Shown one piece after another: positions 19,292 through 33,058 of a stretch of DNA of 64,000 bases; position 1 is the stretch's first letter; every line of letters starts with the position of its first letter. Location: positions 439,453-503,452 of the forward strand of contig CAWEDO010000001.1 of the NCBI GenBank assembly GCA_963807915.1, in the 5' to 3' direction. This DNA is from an uncultured Chloroflexia bacterium. Its GTDB lineage: Bacteria; Chloroflexota; Limnocylindria; QHBO01. A program made the translations under genes and the position numbers. The notes beneath the pieces are model-generated. The model was not told the DNA's origin. It ran no database searches and saw only the letters and a list, made by a program, of their open reading frames with translations.

Positions 19292-21799
19292 GTGCCCGTC
19301 GTCCGCGCCGTCCGTCCCGCTCCGAACCGTCTGCTCGCCGGACTCTTGGCCATGGTCGTGCTTGGCGTGGTCATGGATCACGCCCTGGCATTGCCGCTTG
19401 CCGACGAGGCCGGCGCCTCGCCGGCCCCGCTCGTGGAGACCGTCGGGCATCTCGTGGTGAGCGAGGTCATGACTGGTGGCGCCAGCGCCTCGGACGAGTT
19501 CATCGAGCTGTACAACCCGACCTCCGCGGAGCTCCCGCTCGAAGGGCTCGAGGTCGTGTACGTGACCGCGACCGGTGCCACGCTGACGCGCAAGGCCGCG
19601 TGGTCAGTTGGCGCGGTGGGAGTGGCGCCCGGTGCTCATCTCCTGCTTGCCAACGAGGCGGGCATCTTCGCCGGCCTGGCCGATGTGGCCTACGCGAACG
19701 GCCTGGCGGCGACCGGCGGCAGCGTGGCGCTGCGGGTCATCGGTGCCGCGACCGCCATCGACGCGGTGGGCTGGGGCAACGCGACCAGCAGCTGGCTCGA
19801 GACGCGCCCGGCGCCAGCGCCGGCGGCCGGGAGCAGCCTGGAGCGCCTCCCCGGGGGAACGAGCGGATCGGCCCAGGACACCGACGACAACCTCATCGAC
19901 TGGTTCGTGGAGCCCCTCCCGGATCCGCAGAACAGCGGGTCGCCTCCGATTCCGGTCGAGAGTGGCGGCCCGTCGCCCACCCCGTCTGCAACCGGGACCG
20001 AGACGCCGCTGCCGAGCGCCAGCCCGACCGCTCAGCCATCGCTCACGCCCAGTCCCACTGCGAGTCCGCTGAGCACCCAGTCGCCCGCCCCTACGGCGAC
20101 TCCAGCTCCGACCGTGACCGCCACGCCGACGCCGGAGCCAACCGCGATCACGGTCGCCGAGGCGCGGGTCCGACCGGACGGAGCGGTGGTGACGGTCGAG
20201 GGCCTCGCCCTGACCGCGAGCGACTTCGCCGATGGTGGGGGCTACCTGGCCGATGCGACCGCCGGCATCGCGGTGCTGGTGGCAGATGGGTCGTTCCCGC
20301 GCGGTGCGCTGCTGCGCATCACTGGCACCGTCGACGATCGCTACGCGCAGCGAACCATCCGCACGACCGCTGCCCAGATCACGAGCGTCGGCTCGGGCAC
20401 CGATCCGCTCCCGCTGGATACCGCGACCGGAAACATCGGTGAATCGTTGGAGGGGCGGCTGGTGGAGGTCATCGGCGTCATCTCGAGCTCGGCCACGACC
20501 CTCAGCACGGGGGTGGCGTGGGACCTCGACGACGGCACGGGGGCGGCGCGGGTGCTGGTCGAGAACGGAACGGGAATCGACACCTCTGGGTGGGGACGCG
20601 GCGTGGGGCTGACCCTCGTCGGCGTGGTGGGGCAGCGCGACTCGAGCGGAACCGGCGCGTCGGGCTATCGCATCCAGCCGCGAGACGCTGCCGATGTCCT
20701 GGCGGTGGTTCCGGCTGCCACGCCCAGCCCCAGCCCATCCCCTGCGCCGACCGCGCAGCCCAGCGGGCCGAGCTCGGGCAGCCCATCGGCCAGTCCGTCG
20801 GCCAGCCCGATAAGCCCGCTCGTCTCGATTGGGGAGGCCCGCGCGGCCGCAACCGGCACGAGGCTGCGCATTCGCGGCGTGGTGACGGCTCCGTCAGGCC
20901 TGATCGAAGCGGGCAGCGCGGTGGTGCAGGACGCAACCGCGGCCATCCTGGTTCGCATCGGGACCGATGTCGGCACGCTGTCGCTCGGCCAGCTGGTGGA
21001 GCTCGATGGGACGCGCTCGACGAAGGCCGGCATGTTGAGCCTGCGGGTGTCCACCACCCCGATCAACCTCGGCACGCAGGCGGACCCGGAGGCCCTGCGT
21101 CGCGCCACTGGCGCGCTGGGAGAGGCAGAGGAGGCTCGCGTGGTCATCGCGCGCGGCGCAATCAGCGGTGCCATCAGCCGGCCGCGCGGCGGGAATGTCT
21201 CGTTCGCCATCGACGACGGCTCAGGCCTGATCCGGGTCACCATCTCGTCCCGCGCGCACATCTCGACCGCCTCGCTGGCCTCCGGCAGCTGGGTCGAGCT
21301 GCGTGCCGTGCTCGCCCAGGAGACGACCGGCTCGGCCCCGATGAGCGGCTATCGGCTCTGGCCGCGAATCACCGCCGACGTGCGGGTGATCGCTGCGGCG
21401 GCGGCGGGGACGACCAACGCCACCCCTTGCTGCGCAACCGGCGCGGCGCAACGCAGCCCGGTCGGTGGCAACCTGCCGCACGCGCTGCAGGACCAGGCCG
21501 CGACGCCGGCGCAGCAGGGGATCGCGCCCATCCTGGCGCGGCCCCAACCCACCGCGTCTCCTCGGCTGTCCTCGATCACCGACCAGGAGGCATCGTCAGC
21601 GCAAGGTGCGGGTCCTGCCGCCGGAGGCCTTGTCGTCTCCGGCATGGGCCTTGTCGCGCTCGGCGGCCTCGCGGCGTGGGCCGGCCGGCGGGGCACGCCG
21701 GACGACGATCCGTCGGCGGAGGCGGTTCCACGCCTGTCCGTGCTGCGAACCGAGCGTGCGGACGCTCGGAAGGAGCGGCGTATACTCCCGCCGACCTGA
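19292..21799 (+). CDS. Cell-surface protein: signal/TM, lamin-tail domain (LTD), four OB-fold-like repeats separated by Pro/Ser/Thr linkers, C-terminal TM anchor
   Basis: GTG start. LTD motif VVSEVMTGGASASDEFIELYNPT...GGSVALR. PT-rich linkers (SPTPSATGTETPLPSASPTAQPSLTPSPTASP; PSPSPSPAPTAQPSGPSSGSPSASPSASP). Repeated ~80-aa modules, e.g. ...GLALTASDFADGGGYLADATAGIAVLV...RITGTV. TM helix near the C-terminus. Confidence 0.7.
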   Translation: MPVVRAVRPAPNRLLAGLLAMVVLGVVMDHALALPLADEAGASPAPLVETVGHLVVSEVMTGGASASDEFIELYNPTSAELPLEGLEVVYVTATGATLTRKAAWSVGAVGVAPGAHLLLANEAGIFAGLADVAYANGLAATGGSVALRVIGAATAIDAVGWGNATSSWLETRPAPAPAAGSSLERLPGGTSGSAQDTDDNLIDWFVEPLPDPQNSGSPPIPVESGGPSPTPSATGTETPLPSASPTAQPSLTPSPTASPLSTQSPAPTATPAPTVTATPTPEPTAITVAEARVRPDGAVVTVEGLALTASDFADGGGYLADATAGIAVLVADGSFPRGALLRITGTVDDRYAQRTIRTTAAQITSVGSGTDPLPLDTATGNIGESLEGRLVEVIGVISSSATTLSTGVAWDLDDGTGAARVLVENGTGIDTSGWGRGVGLTLVGVVGQRDSSGTGASGYRIQPRDAADVLAVVPAATPSPSPSPAPTAQPSGPSSGSPSASPSASPISPLVSIGEARAAATGTRLRIRGVVTAPSGLIEAGSAVVQDATAAILVRIGTDVGTLSLGQLVELDGTRSTKAGMLSLRVSTTPINLGTQADPEALRRATGALGEAEEARVVIARGAISGAISRPRGGNVSFAIDDGSGLIRVTISSRAHISTASLASGSWVELRAVLAQETTGSAPMSGYRLWPRITADVRVIAAAAAGTTNATPCCATGAAQRSPVGGNLPHALQDQAATPAQQGIAPILARPQPTASPRLSSITDQEASSAQGAGPAAGGLVVSGMGLVALGGLAAWAGRRGTPDDDPSAEAVPRLSVLRTERADARKERRILPPT

Positions 21800-21834
21800 G
21801 CGTCCCACGCTCGCACGAGGAGCTCGCCGAGACC

Positions 21835-22689
21835 TTGTCCGATCTCTCGCAGGCCGACGCACCACGCACCGGCGACCGCCAGTACCACATCGCGCTGGAG
21901 CGTGGCGAGCTGGCCGAGTACATCGTGCTGGTCGGCGACCCCGGCCGCGTGGCCAAGGTTTCGTCCCGCTGGGACTCGGTCGAGCTCAACCGGAGCAACC
22001 GCGAGATCACCACGGCGACGGGCACGTACCAGGGGATGCGCCTCTCGGCCATGTCCACCGGGATGGGCACCGACAACGTGGAGATCGTGCTCGCAGAGGT
22101 GATGGAGATCACCGATCGCCCCACCCTGATCCGCATCGGCTCCAGTGGCGCACTCCAGCCGGAGATCGCGCTCGGCGACCTGATCGTATCGATCGGGGCG
22201 GTCCGGCTGGAGAACACAACCGACTTCTACGTGCACCCCGGATACCCCGCCATCGCCCATCGGGACGTGGTCTGGGCCCTCGAGGCGGCATGCATCGAGG
22301 CCCGTGCTCCGTACCATGTGGGGATGACAGCGACGGCGAGCGGGTTTTACGCTCCGCAGGGAAGGGCGATGCGCACGCTCCCGGTTCGCTATCCTGATCT
22401 CGCGGAGGAGCTCCGCCGGCAACGTGTCGCTAACCTCGAGATGGAGTCTTCTGCACTCTTCGTGCTGGCGGGACTCGCGGGGTTGCGGTCGGGGACGGTG
22501 TGTGCCGCCTACGCACAACGCGTCGATGGGACGTTTTTGGAAGGCGCGGCGAAGGAGGCCGCAGAGGCACGCTGCATCGATGTCGGACTGGCCGGCATCC
22601 ACCTGCTCTGGGCGATCGACAACGGAGACGAAGGCGATCCCCATGCACGCTGGTCACGTTTGATCGGCGATCGGGGCGGGGAGCGTTAA
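21835..22689 (+). CDS. Nucleoside phosphorylase, PNP/UDP family 1 (start uncertain: TTG 21835 or CTG 21796)
   Basis: HIALERGELAEYIVLVGDPGRVAKV...GMGTDNVEIVLAEV...ANLEMESSALFVLA aligns to DeoD/Udp-type phosphorylases. There is no ATG or GTG between the upstream stop and the conserved N-terminal motif. Confidence 0.65.
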   Translation: MSDLSQADAPRTGDRQYHIALERGELAEYIVLVGDPGRVAKVSSRWDSVELNRSNREITTATGTYQGMRLSAMSTGMGTDNVEIVLAEVMEITDRPTLIRIGSSGALQPEIALGDLIVSIGAVRLENTTDFYVHPGYPAIAHRDVVWALEAACIEARAPYHVGMTATASGFYAPQGRAMRTLPVRYPDLAEELRRQRVANLEMESSALFVLAGLAGLRSGTVCAAYAQRVDGTFLEGAAKEAAEARCIDVGLAGIHLLWAIDNGDEGDPHARWSRLIGDRGGER

Positions 22690-22734
22690 GCAACGCCGGC
22701 AATCCAGGTCGGCACACAAGGAGGCACCTCACCG

Positions 22735-22878
22735 ATGGCGACCAATGCCTACTGCGTCAAGTGCAAGGCCAAGCGCGACATGCGCAACGAAAGCAAGATC
22801 ACGATGAAGAATGGCAAGCCTGCCACCCAGGGCACCTGTCCGGTGTGCGGCACCAAGATGTTCAAGATCGGCGGCTGA
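22735..22878 (+). CDS. DUF5679-type small zinc-ribbon protein (47 aa; under the 60-aa ORF-track cutoff)
   Basis: ATG preceded by AAGGAGG at an ideal spacing. MATNAYCVKCKAKRDMRNESKITMKNGKPATQGTCPVCGTKMFKIGG has two CxxC pairs. Followed by stacked GC hairpins. Confidence 0.7.
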   Translation: MATNAYCVKCKAKRDMRNESKITMKNGKPATQGTCPVCGTKMFKIGG

Positions 22879-23029
22879 CACTCCGAGCCTTGCAGTTCTG
22901 ATCGGCCGCGCGGGATTCGCCCGCGCCGCCGCATAGCAACCAGTCGGCCGTTCGGCCGCGCGTCGTCGGGAGATCCGACGGCCGCCGCCGAGCGGCCGAT
23001 TCCGTGCTCGGCCGCTAGAATGGTGGCTT

Positions 23030-25035
<2,006 letters not shown>

Positions 25036-25039
25036 CCGC

Positions 25040-27515
<2,476 letters not shown>

Positions 27516-27516
<1 letters not shown>

Positions 27517-28280
27517 TGGATGGCCTGACGGACCACGCCCGGACCAATCGGGCGTTCTGGAACGAGCTCTCCGACACCTACCAGGCCGATCACGGGCCCG
27601 ACCTGGCGCGCCATGGCGCCGCCTGGGGCGTGTGGCAGATCCCCGAGGACGAGATCCACGCGCTGGGCGAGGTAGCCGGCAAGGATGTGCTGGAGCTCGG
27701 CTGCGGCGCCGCCCAGTGGTCCATTGAACTCGCAAGGCGTGGAGCGCGGCCGGTGGGCCTCGACCTCAGCGAGCGGCAGCTGGAGCACGCCCGGGAGCTC
27801 ATGGCCAAGGCCGGCCTCGACTTCCCGCTGGTCCACGCCAGCGCTGAGGGAGTGCCATACCCGGATGCCAGCTTCGACCTCATCTTCTGCGACCACGGCG
27901 CCATGGTCTTCGCCGATCCCCGACGCACGGTCCCCGAGGCCGCACGCCTCCTCCGCGACGGCGGGCTGCTCGTCTTCAGCATGCACACCCCCGTCGCCGA
28001 CATCTGCTGGCCACCCGATTCGGAGCAGGTCACCGACCAGCTGCGCCTGAACTACTACGAGCTCAACGTCGTCGACGTCGGCGAGTCGAAGCACGTCGAG
28101 TTCCAGCTGCCGTACGGCGAGTGGATTCGCCTCTTCCGTGCCAACGGGTTGATCGTCGAGGACCTGATCGAGCTCCGCCCGGAACCCGATGCGGTGAGCA
28201 CCTACCGCACCGATGCGGACCGCGAATGGGCGCGCAAATGGCCGATGGAGCACATCTGGAAGGTGCGACGATCACGCTGA
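27516..28280 (+). CDS. Class I SAM-dependent methyltransferase
   Basis: Motif I VLELGCGAAQWS, then D-L-S... and LLRDGGLLVF. Start overlaps the eno stop (TGATGG). Confidence 0.75.
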
Positions 28281-28754
28281 CGAGCGGACGGCGTCCCCGG
28301 GGCGCACCGGCCCCTCGCTGACGACCCGCGCGTACCAGCGCGCCTCGGCAGGGTTGGTCTTGCCGCTGATCCGCGCGAACCGGCCGTCGGAGAACCAGTG
28401 CGCCTGGACCCTGCAGGGCTGCGCGTGCCAGGTGATCTCGATCACGAGTCCGTCCTCGCCGATGGCCAGCTGATCTCCCGGGCCCATCGAGTCCAGCTCG
28501 ATTCCCTCCAGCGTCAGGTTCTCACCGAAGGCCCCTGGGAAGACGTTGTGCCCTTCGGCCACGAGTCGCTGGATCGCCTCCATCGAGTACAGGCAAACGG
28601 CCTGGTCCGGGCCGCCGTGCAGCGGGATCGGCTCGTTGTGCCGGTCATCGGCCAACCCGAGGGGTCCGACCCACTGCTCGTCGACCGGCAGCTTCGGCAC
28701 GCCGCCCTCGTTGACGTTGACACTCACGACGCGCCCGGATCTGGCTTCGCTCAT
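28272..28754 (-). CDS. MOSC domain protein (YiiM-like)
   Basis: 160 aa with a conserved Cys in ...HAQPCRVQ. Convergent 9-nt overlap with the methyltransferase gene. Confidence 0.75.
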   Translation of the reverse strand: MSEARSGRVVSVNVNEGGVPKLPVDEQWVGPLGLADDRHNEPIPLHGGPDQAVCLYSMEAIQRLVAEGHNVFPGAFGENLTLEGIELDSMGPGDQLAIGEDGLVIEITWHAQPCRVQAHWFSDGRFARISGKTNPAEARWYARVVSEGPVRPGDAVRSSA

Positions 28755-28789
28755 CGGGCGGTCAGTCTAGCGCGCTAGGATGCCGAGCC

Positions 28790-29275
28790 ATGACCGAGCT
28801 CCCGCTGCACCCCCTCTGCGCGCCGGTCGCCTTTCTGCTCGGAACGTGGCAGGGAGAGGGGCACGGCGGCTATCCCGGCATGACGGAGTTCGCCTACCGC
28901 GAGGAGATGCGGGTCTGGCACACCGGCAAGGCGTACCTCGCCTTCGAGCAGCGCACCTGGCAGACCGACGGCGAGAAGGCCGGCCGCGAGATCCACGGCG
29001 AGCTTGGCTACCTGCGCTGCCTGGAGGGTGCCGGACTCGAGCTGCTGGTGGCGATGGCGCCCGGGCACGTCGAGGTCTCGAGTGGCTCAGTCGAAGGCAT
29101 GCGGATCACGCTCGCAAGCGTCGGCGTCGTGGACGCGCCCAGCGCGTCAGCTGTCAGCGCGGTGACGCGCACCTGGTGGCTGGAGGGGTACGAGGTCCTG
29201 CGCTACGACCTCGAGATGTCAGCCCTGGACCAGCCGATGAGCTGGCACCTGAGCGCGGAGCTGCGCCGGGTCTAG
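28790..29275 (+). CDS. Nitrobindin / DUF1794 (THAP4-like haem-binding beta-barrel) family protein
   Basis: LLGTWQGEGHGGYPGM lipocalin-like signature near the N-terminus. 161 aa. Confidence 0.65.
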   Translation: MTELPLHPLCAPVAFLLGTWQGEGHGGYPGMTEFAYREEMRVWHTGKAYLAFEQRTWQTDGEKAGREIHGELGYLRCLEGAGLELLVAMAPGHVEVSSGSVEGMRITLASVGVVDAPSASAVSAVTRTWWLEGYEVLRYDLEMSALDQPMSWHLSAELRRV

Positions 29276-29805
29276 CCCTCGGTGGGGGCCTCGCCGTCCC
29301 CGGCCTTGGCTCGCTTTCGGGCGGCCGCGGTCTCGCGGCTGGCACGCACGACGGCGACCTTGGCCTTGCCGGCGGCGGTGCGCGGCCGATCGGCGGACTT
29401 GGCAGCGGCGGCCTTCGACGCCTTGGCGGCGGCGACCTTCTTGCGCTGCACGGTCTTCGTCGCGGTCGACTTCTTCTTCGGCGCCGAGGGGGCCTCGCTC
29501 ACGGCACCGTCGAGGAGGTGCGCGGCGTTCGCCTTGATCATCAGCCGGCTCTTGCGGCGAGCGGCGTTGTTGGGATGGATGATTCCCTTCTCGGCAGCCT
29601 TGTCGAGGGCGCTGATGGCGGCGGTCACGGCGGCAGCGCCATCACCCTCGCTGCGGCCGAGCGCGATGTTGCTGGCCTGCACGACAAGGGTCTTGGCGTG
29701 GCTCCGCGTGCGCTGGTTGATGGTGCGACGGCGGAGCGACTGGCGGACGCGCTTCAGGGCCTGCGGCGTGCGCGCGCCCTTCCAGGTTCGAGCTTTTCGT
29801 GCCAC
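29272..29805 (-). CDS. rpsT: 30S ribosomal protein S20 with an ~85-aa Lys/Ala-rich C-terminal extension
   Basis: S20 core (LKRVRQSLRRRTINQRTRSHAKTLV...KGIIHPNNAARRKSRLMIKANA), then an AKKA-type tail (PKKKSTATKTVQRKKVAAAKASKAAAAKSADRP...KRAKAG). Divergent from lepA as in Bacillus. Confidence 0.8.
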   Translation of the reverse strand: MARKARTWKGARTPQALKRVRQSLRRRTINQRTRSHAKTLVVQASNIALGRSEGDGAAAVTAAISALDKAAEKGIIHPNNAARRKSRLMIKANAAHLLDGAVSEAPSAPKKKSTATKTVQRKKVAAAKASKAAAAKSADRPRTAAGKAKVAVVRASRETAAARKRAKAGDGEAPTEG

Positions 29806-29907
29806 GGATAGTCCTCAGCGATGGCGGGTGAAACAAAAAGAGCGCCGGCGAAGCCTGGCGCCGCAGTCCGGCGAGTATAGCATCGGTCTCGGCTAGACTC
29901 CGGCCCG

Positions 29908-31719
29908 ATGATCCCCCCGGAGCGCACCCGCAACTTCAGCATCGTGGCGCACATCGACCACGGCAAGAGCACGCTGGCGGATCGGCTCCTCGAGGCGACC
30001 CACACCATCGACCCGCGCCAGATGACCAGCCAGGTGCTCGACAGCATGGACCTGGAGCGCGAGAAGGGGATCACCATCAAGGCGCGAGCGGTGCGCCTCC
30101 AGTACGAGGCGCAGGACGGGCAGACCTACGCCCTCAACCTGATCGACACTCCCGGCCACGTAGACTTCACGTACGAGGTGAGCCGATCCCTCCAGGCCTG
30201 CGAGGGCGCCATCCTGGTCGTTGACGCCAGCCAGGGGATCGAGGCGCAGACCCTCGCCAACATGCACCTGGCCCTCGAGCAGCACCTCGTGATCGTCCCG
30301 GTCATCAACAAGATCGACCTCGCCTCGGCCGATCCCGAGATGGTCCTGGCCGAGCTGGAGGAGACGCTCGCCATCCCGCGCGAGGAGGTGATCCTGGCCT
30401 CCGCCAAGGAGGGGATTGGCATCCCGGAGATCCTCGAGGCGATCGTCAACCGCGTCCCACCGCCCCACGGCCAGGCCGACGCCCCGCTCCAGGCGCTCGT
30501 CTTCGACAGCCACTACGACCCATACAAGGGCGTGGTCGCCTACGTCCGCGTCGCCAACGGCACGCTCCACGACCACGAGCGGATCCGCTTCATGGCCACC
30601 GGCGTCGAGACCGACATCCTGGAGCTCGGCTACTTCCGGCCGCAGCCGGTTCCGACCCGCCGCCTGACGGTCGGCGAGGTTGGGTACGTGGCCTCCGGTC
30701 TGAAAAGCATTGCCGACGCCCGTGTTGGCGACACCCTGACCGATGCCGACCGCCCCGCCACCGAGCCCCTGCCCGGCTACAAGCAGGCGCTGCCGCTCGT
30801 CTTCGCCGGGATCTACCCGATGCGCGGCGACGACTACCCGCTCCTGCGCGATGCGCTCGAGAAGCTGCACCTCAACGACGCGTCGTTCGTCTACGAGCCC
30901 GAGTCGAGCGTGGCGCTGGGCTTCGGCTACCGCTGCGGCTTCCTGGGCCTGCTGCACATGGAGATCGTCCAGGAGCGGCTCGAGCGGGAGTTCGGGCTGG
31001 AGCTCATCGCATCGGCGCCATCGGTCGAATACCGCGTCAAGCGCCTGAACAAGGCCGATGAGCTGGTCGTCGACAACCCGGCCCAGTTCCCGCCCGCCGG
31101 CGAGGTGGAGGGGATCAGCGAGCCGTGGGTCTCGGCCACGGTCATCACCCCCACGGACTACATCGGCCCGATCATGGAGCTGGCCACCGCGCGCCGCGGC
31201 GACTTCATCAACATGGAGTACCTGGACCCGAAACGGGTCAACCTCCACTTCGAAATGCCCCTGGCCGAGCTGATCATCGACTTCTACGACCAGCTGAAAA
31301 GCCGATCCTCGGGCTATGCCAGCCTCGACTACGCATACCTGGGCTATCGGCCTGGCGAGCTGGTGAAGCTCGACATCATGGTCAGCGGCGAGCCGGTGGA
31401 CGCGCTCTCCCTGATCGTCCATCGGTCCAATGCCTTCCGGGTGGGGAAGTCACTGGTCGAGAAGCTGAAGGAGCTGATCCCGCGCCAGATGTTCGAAGTG
31501 CCGGTCCAGGCGGCAATCGGCTCGCATATCATCAGCCGCGAGACGATCCGGGCGATGCGCAAGAACGTGCTGGCCAAGTGCTACGGCGGCGACATCACCC
31601 GCAAGCGGAAGCTCCTCGAGAAGCAGAAGGAAGGCAAGCAGCGGATGAAGCGGATCGGCTCCGTCGAGATCCCACAGGAGGCCTTCCTGGCCATCCTTCG
31701 CATGGACGACGGGCAGTAG
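29908..31719 (+). CDS. lepA: Elongation factor 4 (LepA)
   Basis: [20 protein letters not shown]...; full-length 603 aa. Confidence 0.95.
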   Translation: MIPPERTRNFSIVAHIDHGKSTLADRLLEATHTIDPRQMTSQVLDSMDLEREKGITIKARAVRLQYEAQDGQTYALNLIDTPGHVDFTYEVSRSLQACEGAILVVDASQGIEAQTLANMHLALEQHLVIVPVINKIDLASADPEMVLAELEETLAIPREEVILASAKEGIGIPEILEAIVNRVPPPHGQADAPLQALVFDSHYDPYKGVVAYVRVANGTLHDHERIRFMATGVETDILELGYFRPQPVPTRRLTVGEVGYVASGLKSIADARVGDTLTDADRPATEPLPGYKQALPLVFAGIYPMRGDDYPLLRDALEKLHLNDASFVYEPESSVALGFGYRCGFLGLLHMEIVQERLEREFGLELIASAPSVEYRVKRLNKADELVVDNPAQFPPAGEVEGISEPWVSATVITPTDYIGPIMELATARRGDFINMEYLDPKRVNLHFEMPLAELIIDFYDQLKSRSSGYASLDYAYLGYRPGELVKLDIMVSGEPVDALSLIVHRSNAFRVGKSLVEKLKELIPRQMFEVPVQAAIGSHIISRETIRAMRKNVLAKCYGGDITRKRKLLEKQKEGKQRMKRIGSVEIPQEAFLAILRMDDGQ

Positions 31720-31720
31720 C

Positions 31721-32389
31721 GTGAACTTCCAGGACTCGTTGCGCCTCTCGATCGCCCTTGGGCTGACGATCTTCCTGGTCCTGCTGCGCTTCGACTCGGA
31801 TCGCATCATGCGCTCCGACTACTTCCGATCCCGCGCCCCGTGGGTCGGGCCGCTCTCCTACTACGGGCTGGTGGTGCTGTTCGCGATCGGGATCGCCTTC
31901 ATCCTGCCGCGCGGCCGAGCGCAGCTCTTCCTGGCGCCAGGCGACCCCGACTCGATGCTGCCGGTGATGCTGCTCTTCAGCGCGGTGGCGATCCTCAACG
32001 GGCTCGTGCTCGCCTTCGTCCGATACCGCGCCATCCTGCCCCTGCCGACCCCGCTCCTTGCCTCGCGCCTCGCCGGTGCCGCTGCCAACGCCTTCGCCGA
32101 GGAGCTCCAGTTCCGCTCGATCGTGCTGGGGATGCTGCTGTTTGCCGAGCTCCCCGGTGGAGTGGGCACCGCCCTGGTGGTGCAGGCGCTCCTCTACGGG
32201 CTCGCCCACCGGCGCCTCTGGAAGGAGCGCGACTGGTACTTCCTCGCCGGCTCGGTGATCCTGGGCTACGCCGCGGGGCTAGCCACCGTGACCACCGGAT
32301 CCGTGGTGCCGGCCATGGTCGGCCACTTCGCGGTCACCGCGTCGCTCTTCGCCTTCGCCGGGGGACGGCTCCGCCAAAGGCCGATCTAG
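31721..32389 (+). CDS. CPBP family intramembrane glutamic endopeptidase (CAAX protease-like)
   Basis: Motifs [15 protein letters not shown] and HFAVT within 6 TM helices. GTG start 2 nt after the lepA stop. Confidence 0.75.
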   Translation: MNFQDSLRLSIALGLTIFLVLLRFDSDRIMRSDYFRSRAPWVGPLSYYGLVVLFAIGIAFILPRGRAQLFLAPGDPDSMLPVMLLFSAVAILNGLVLAFVRYRAILPLPTPLLASRLAGAAANAFAEELQFRSIVLGMLLFAELPGGVGTALVVQALLYGLAHRRLWKERDWYFLAGSVILGYAAGLATVTTGSVVPAMVGHFAVTASLFAFAGGRLRQRPI

Positions 32390-32664
32390 AGGTTCGGACG
32401 CGGGGCGCCTAATCGCCATGCGATTACATCAGCGCTCGAGGAGGCCTCGTCAGCTCGGATCCTCGCGTTGGTGCGCGATCCGAAACGCATGGCGGTTCAA
32501 AGCGCGCATGCGGGGCCGAGAAACGTGCCGGAGGTGCCGTTGTAACCGTATGCCGATTACGCCGCGGCAGGTCCCCGGCGTGTCGATTCCTGGGCTGGCC
32601 GAGCGTCGTAGAGGTAGATAGGCGAATCCACCCCGCCGAACGCAGTCCCAGAAGGAGTCCCCCG

Positions 32665-33006
32665 ATGGCAGCAGCCAAGGTCATTCACGTCGAGGTCACG
32701 GGCAAGGACGGCCCCGCCCTCCAGAAGTTCTACTCCGACATCTTCAACTGGGAGCTCGAGACCGGCCTCCCCGGCGGATACGCGATGGCGCGAGACGAAT
32801 CCGGCTTCACCAGCGGGTTCGGCCCCACCCAGGACGGGTCAGCCGGGATGGTGACCTTCTACGTCCACGCGGAGGATCCGCAGGGCGTCCTGCGCCGGGT
32901 CGAGGAGCTGGGCGGCAAGATCATCATGCCCCTGACCGAGGTGGCCAACGACACGACCATCGCCCTCTTCGCCGATCCCGAGGGGCACGTCGTCGGGATC
33001 ATGTAG
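32665..33006 (+). CDS. VOC (glyoxalase/bleomycin-resistance) family protein
   Basis: 113 aa, beta-alpha-beta-beta-beta module (IHVEVTGKDGPALQKFYSDIFNWEL...). RBS GAAGGAG. Confidence 0.65.
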   Translation: MAAAKVIHVEVTGKDGPALQKFYSDIFNWELETGLPGGYAMARDESGFTSGFGPTQDGSAGMVTFYVHAEDPQGVLRRVEELGGKIIMPLTEVANDTTIALFADPEGHVVGIM

Positions 33007-33058
33007 TCCCGCTCTCGCCTCGAGCGACGCCCCGGGCCAACCGATGTAGGCTCGGGGC

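Noticed and set aside
22879-23029. tRNA or ncRNA gene in the hairpin-rich gap after the DUF5679 gene
   Set aside because: No T-loop (GTTCRANYC) or cloverleaf could be found. The stacked GC hairpins are more consistent with terminator or attenuator structures; I could not scan properly for tRNAs by eye.
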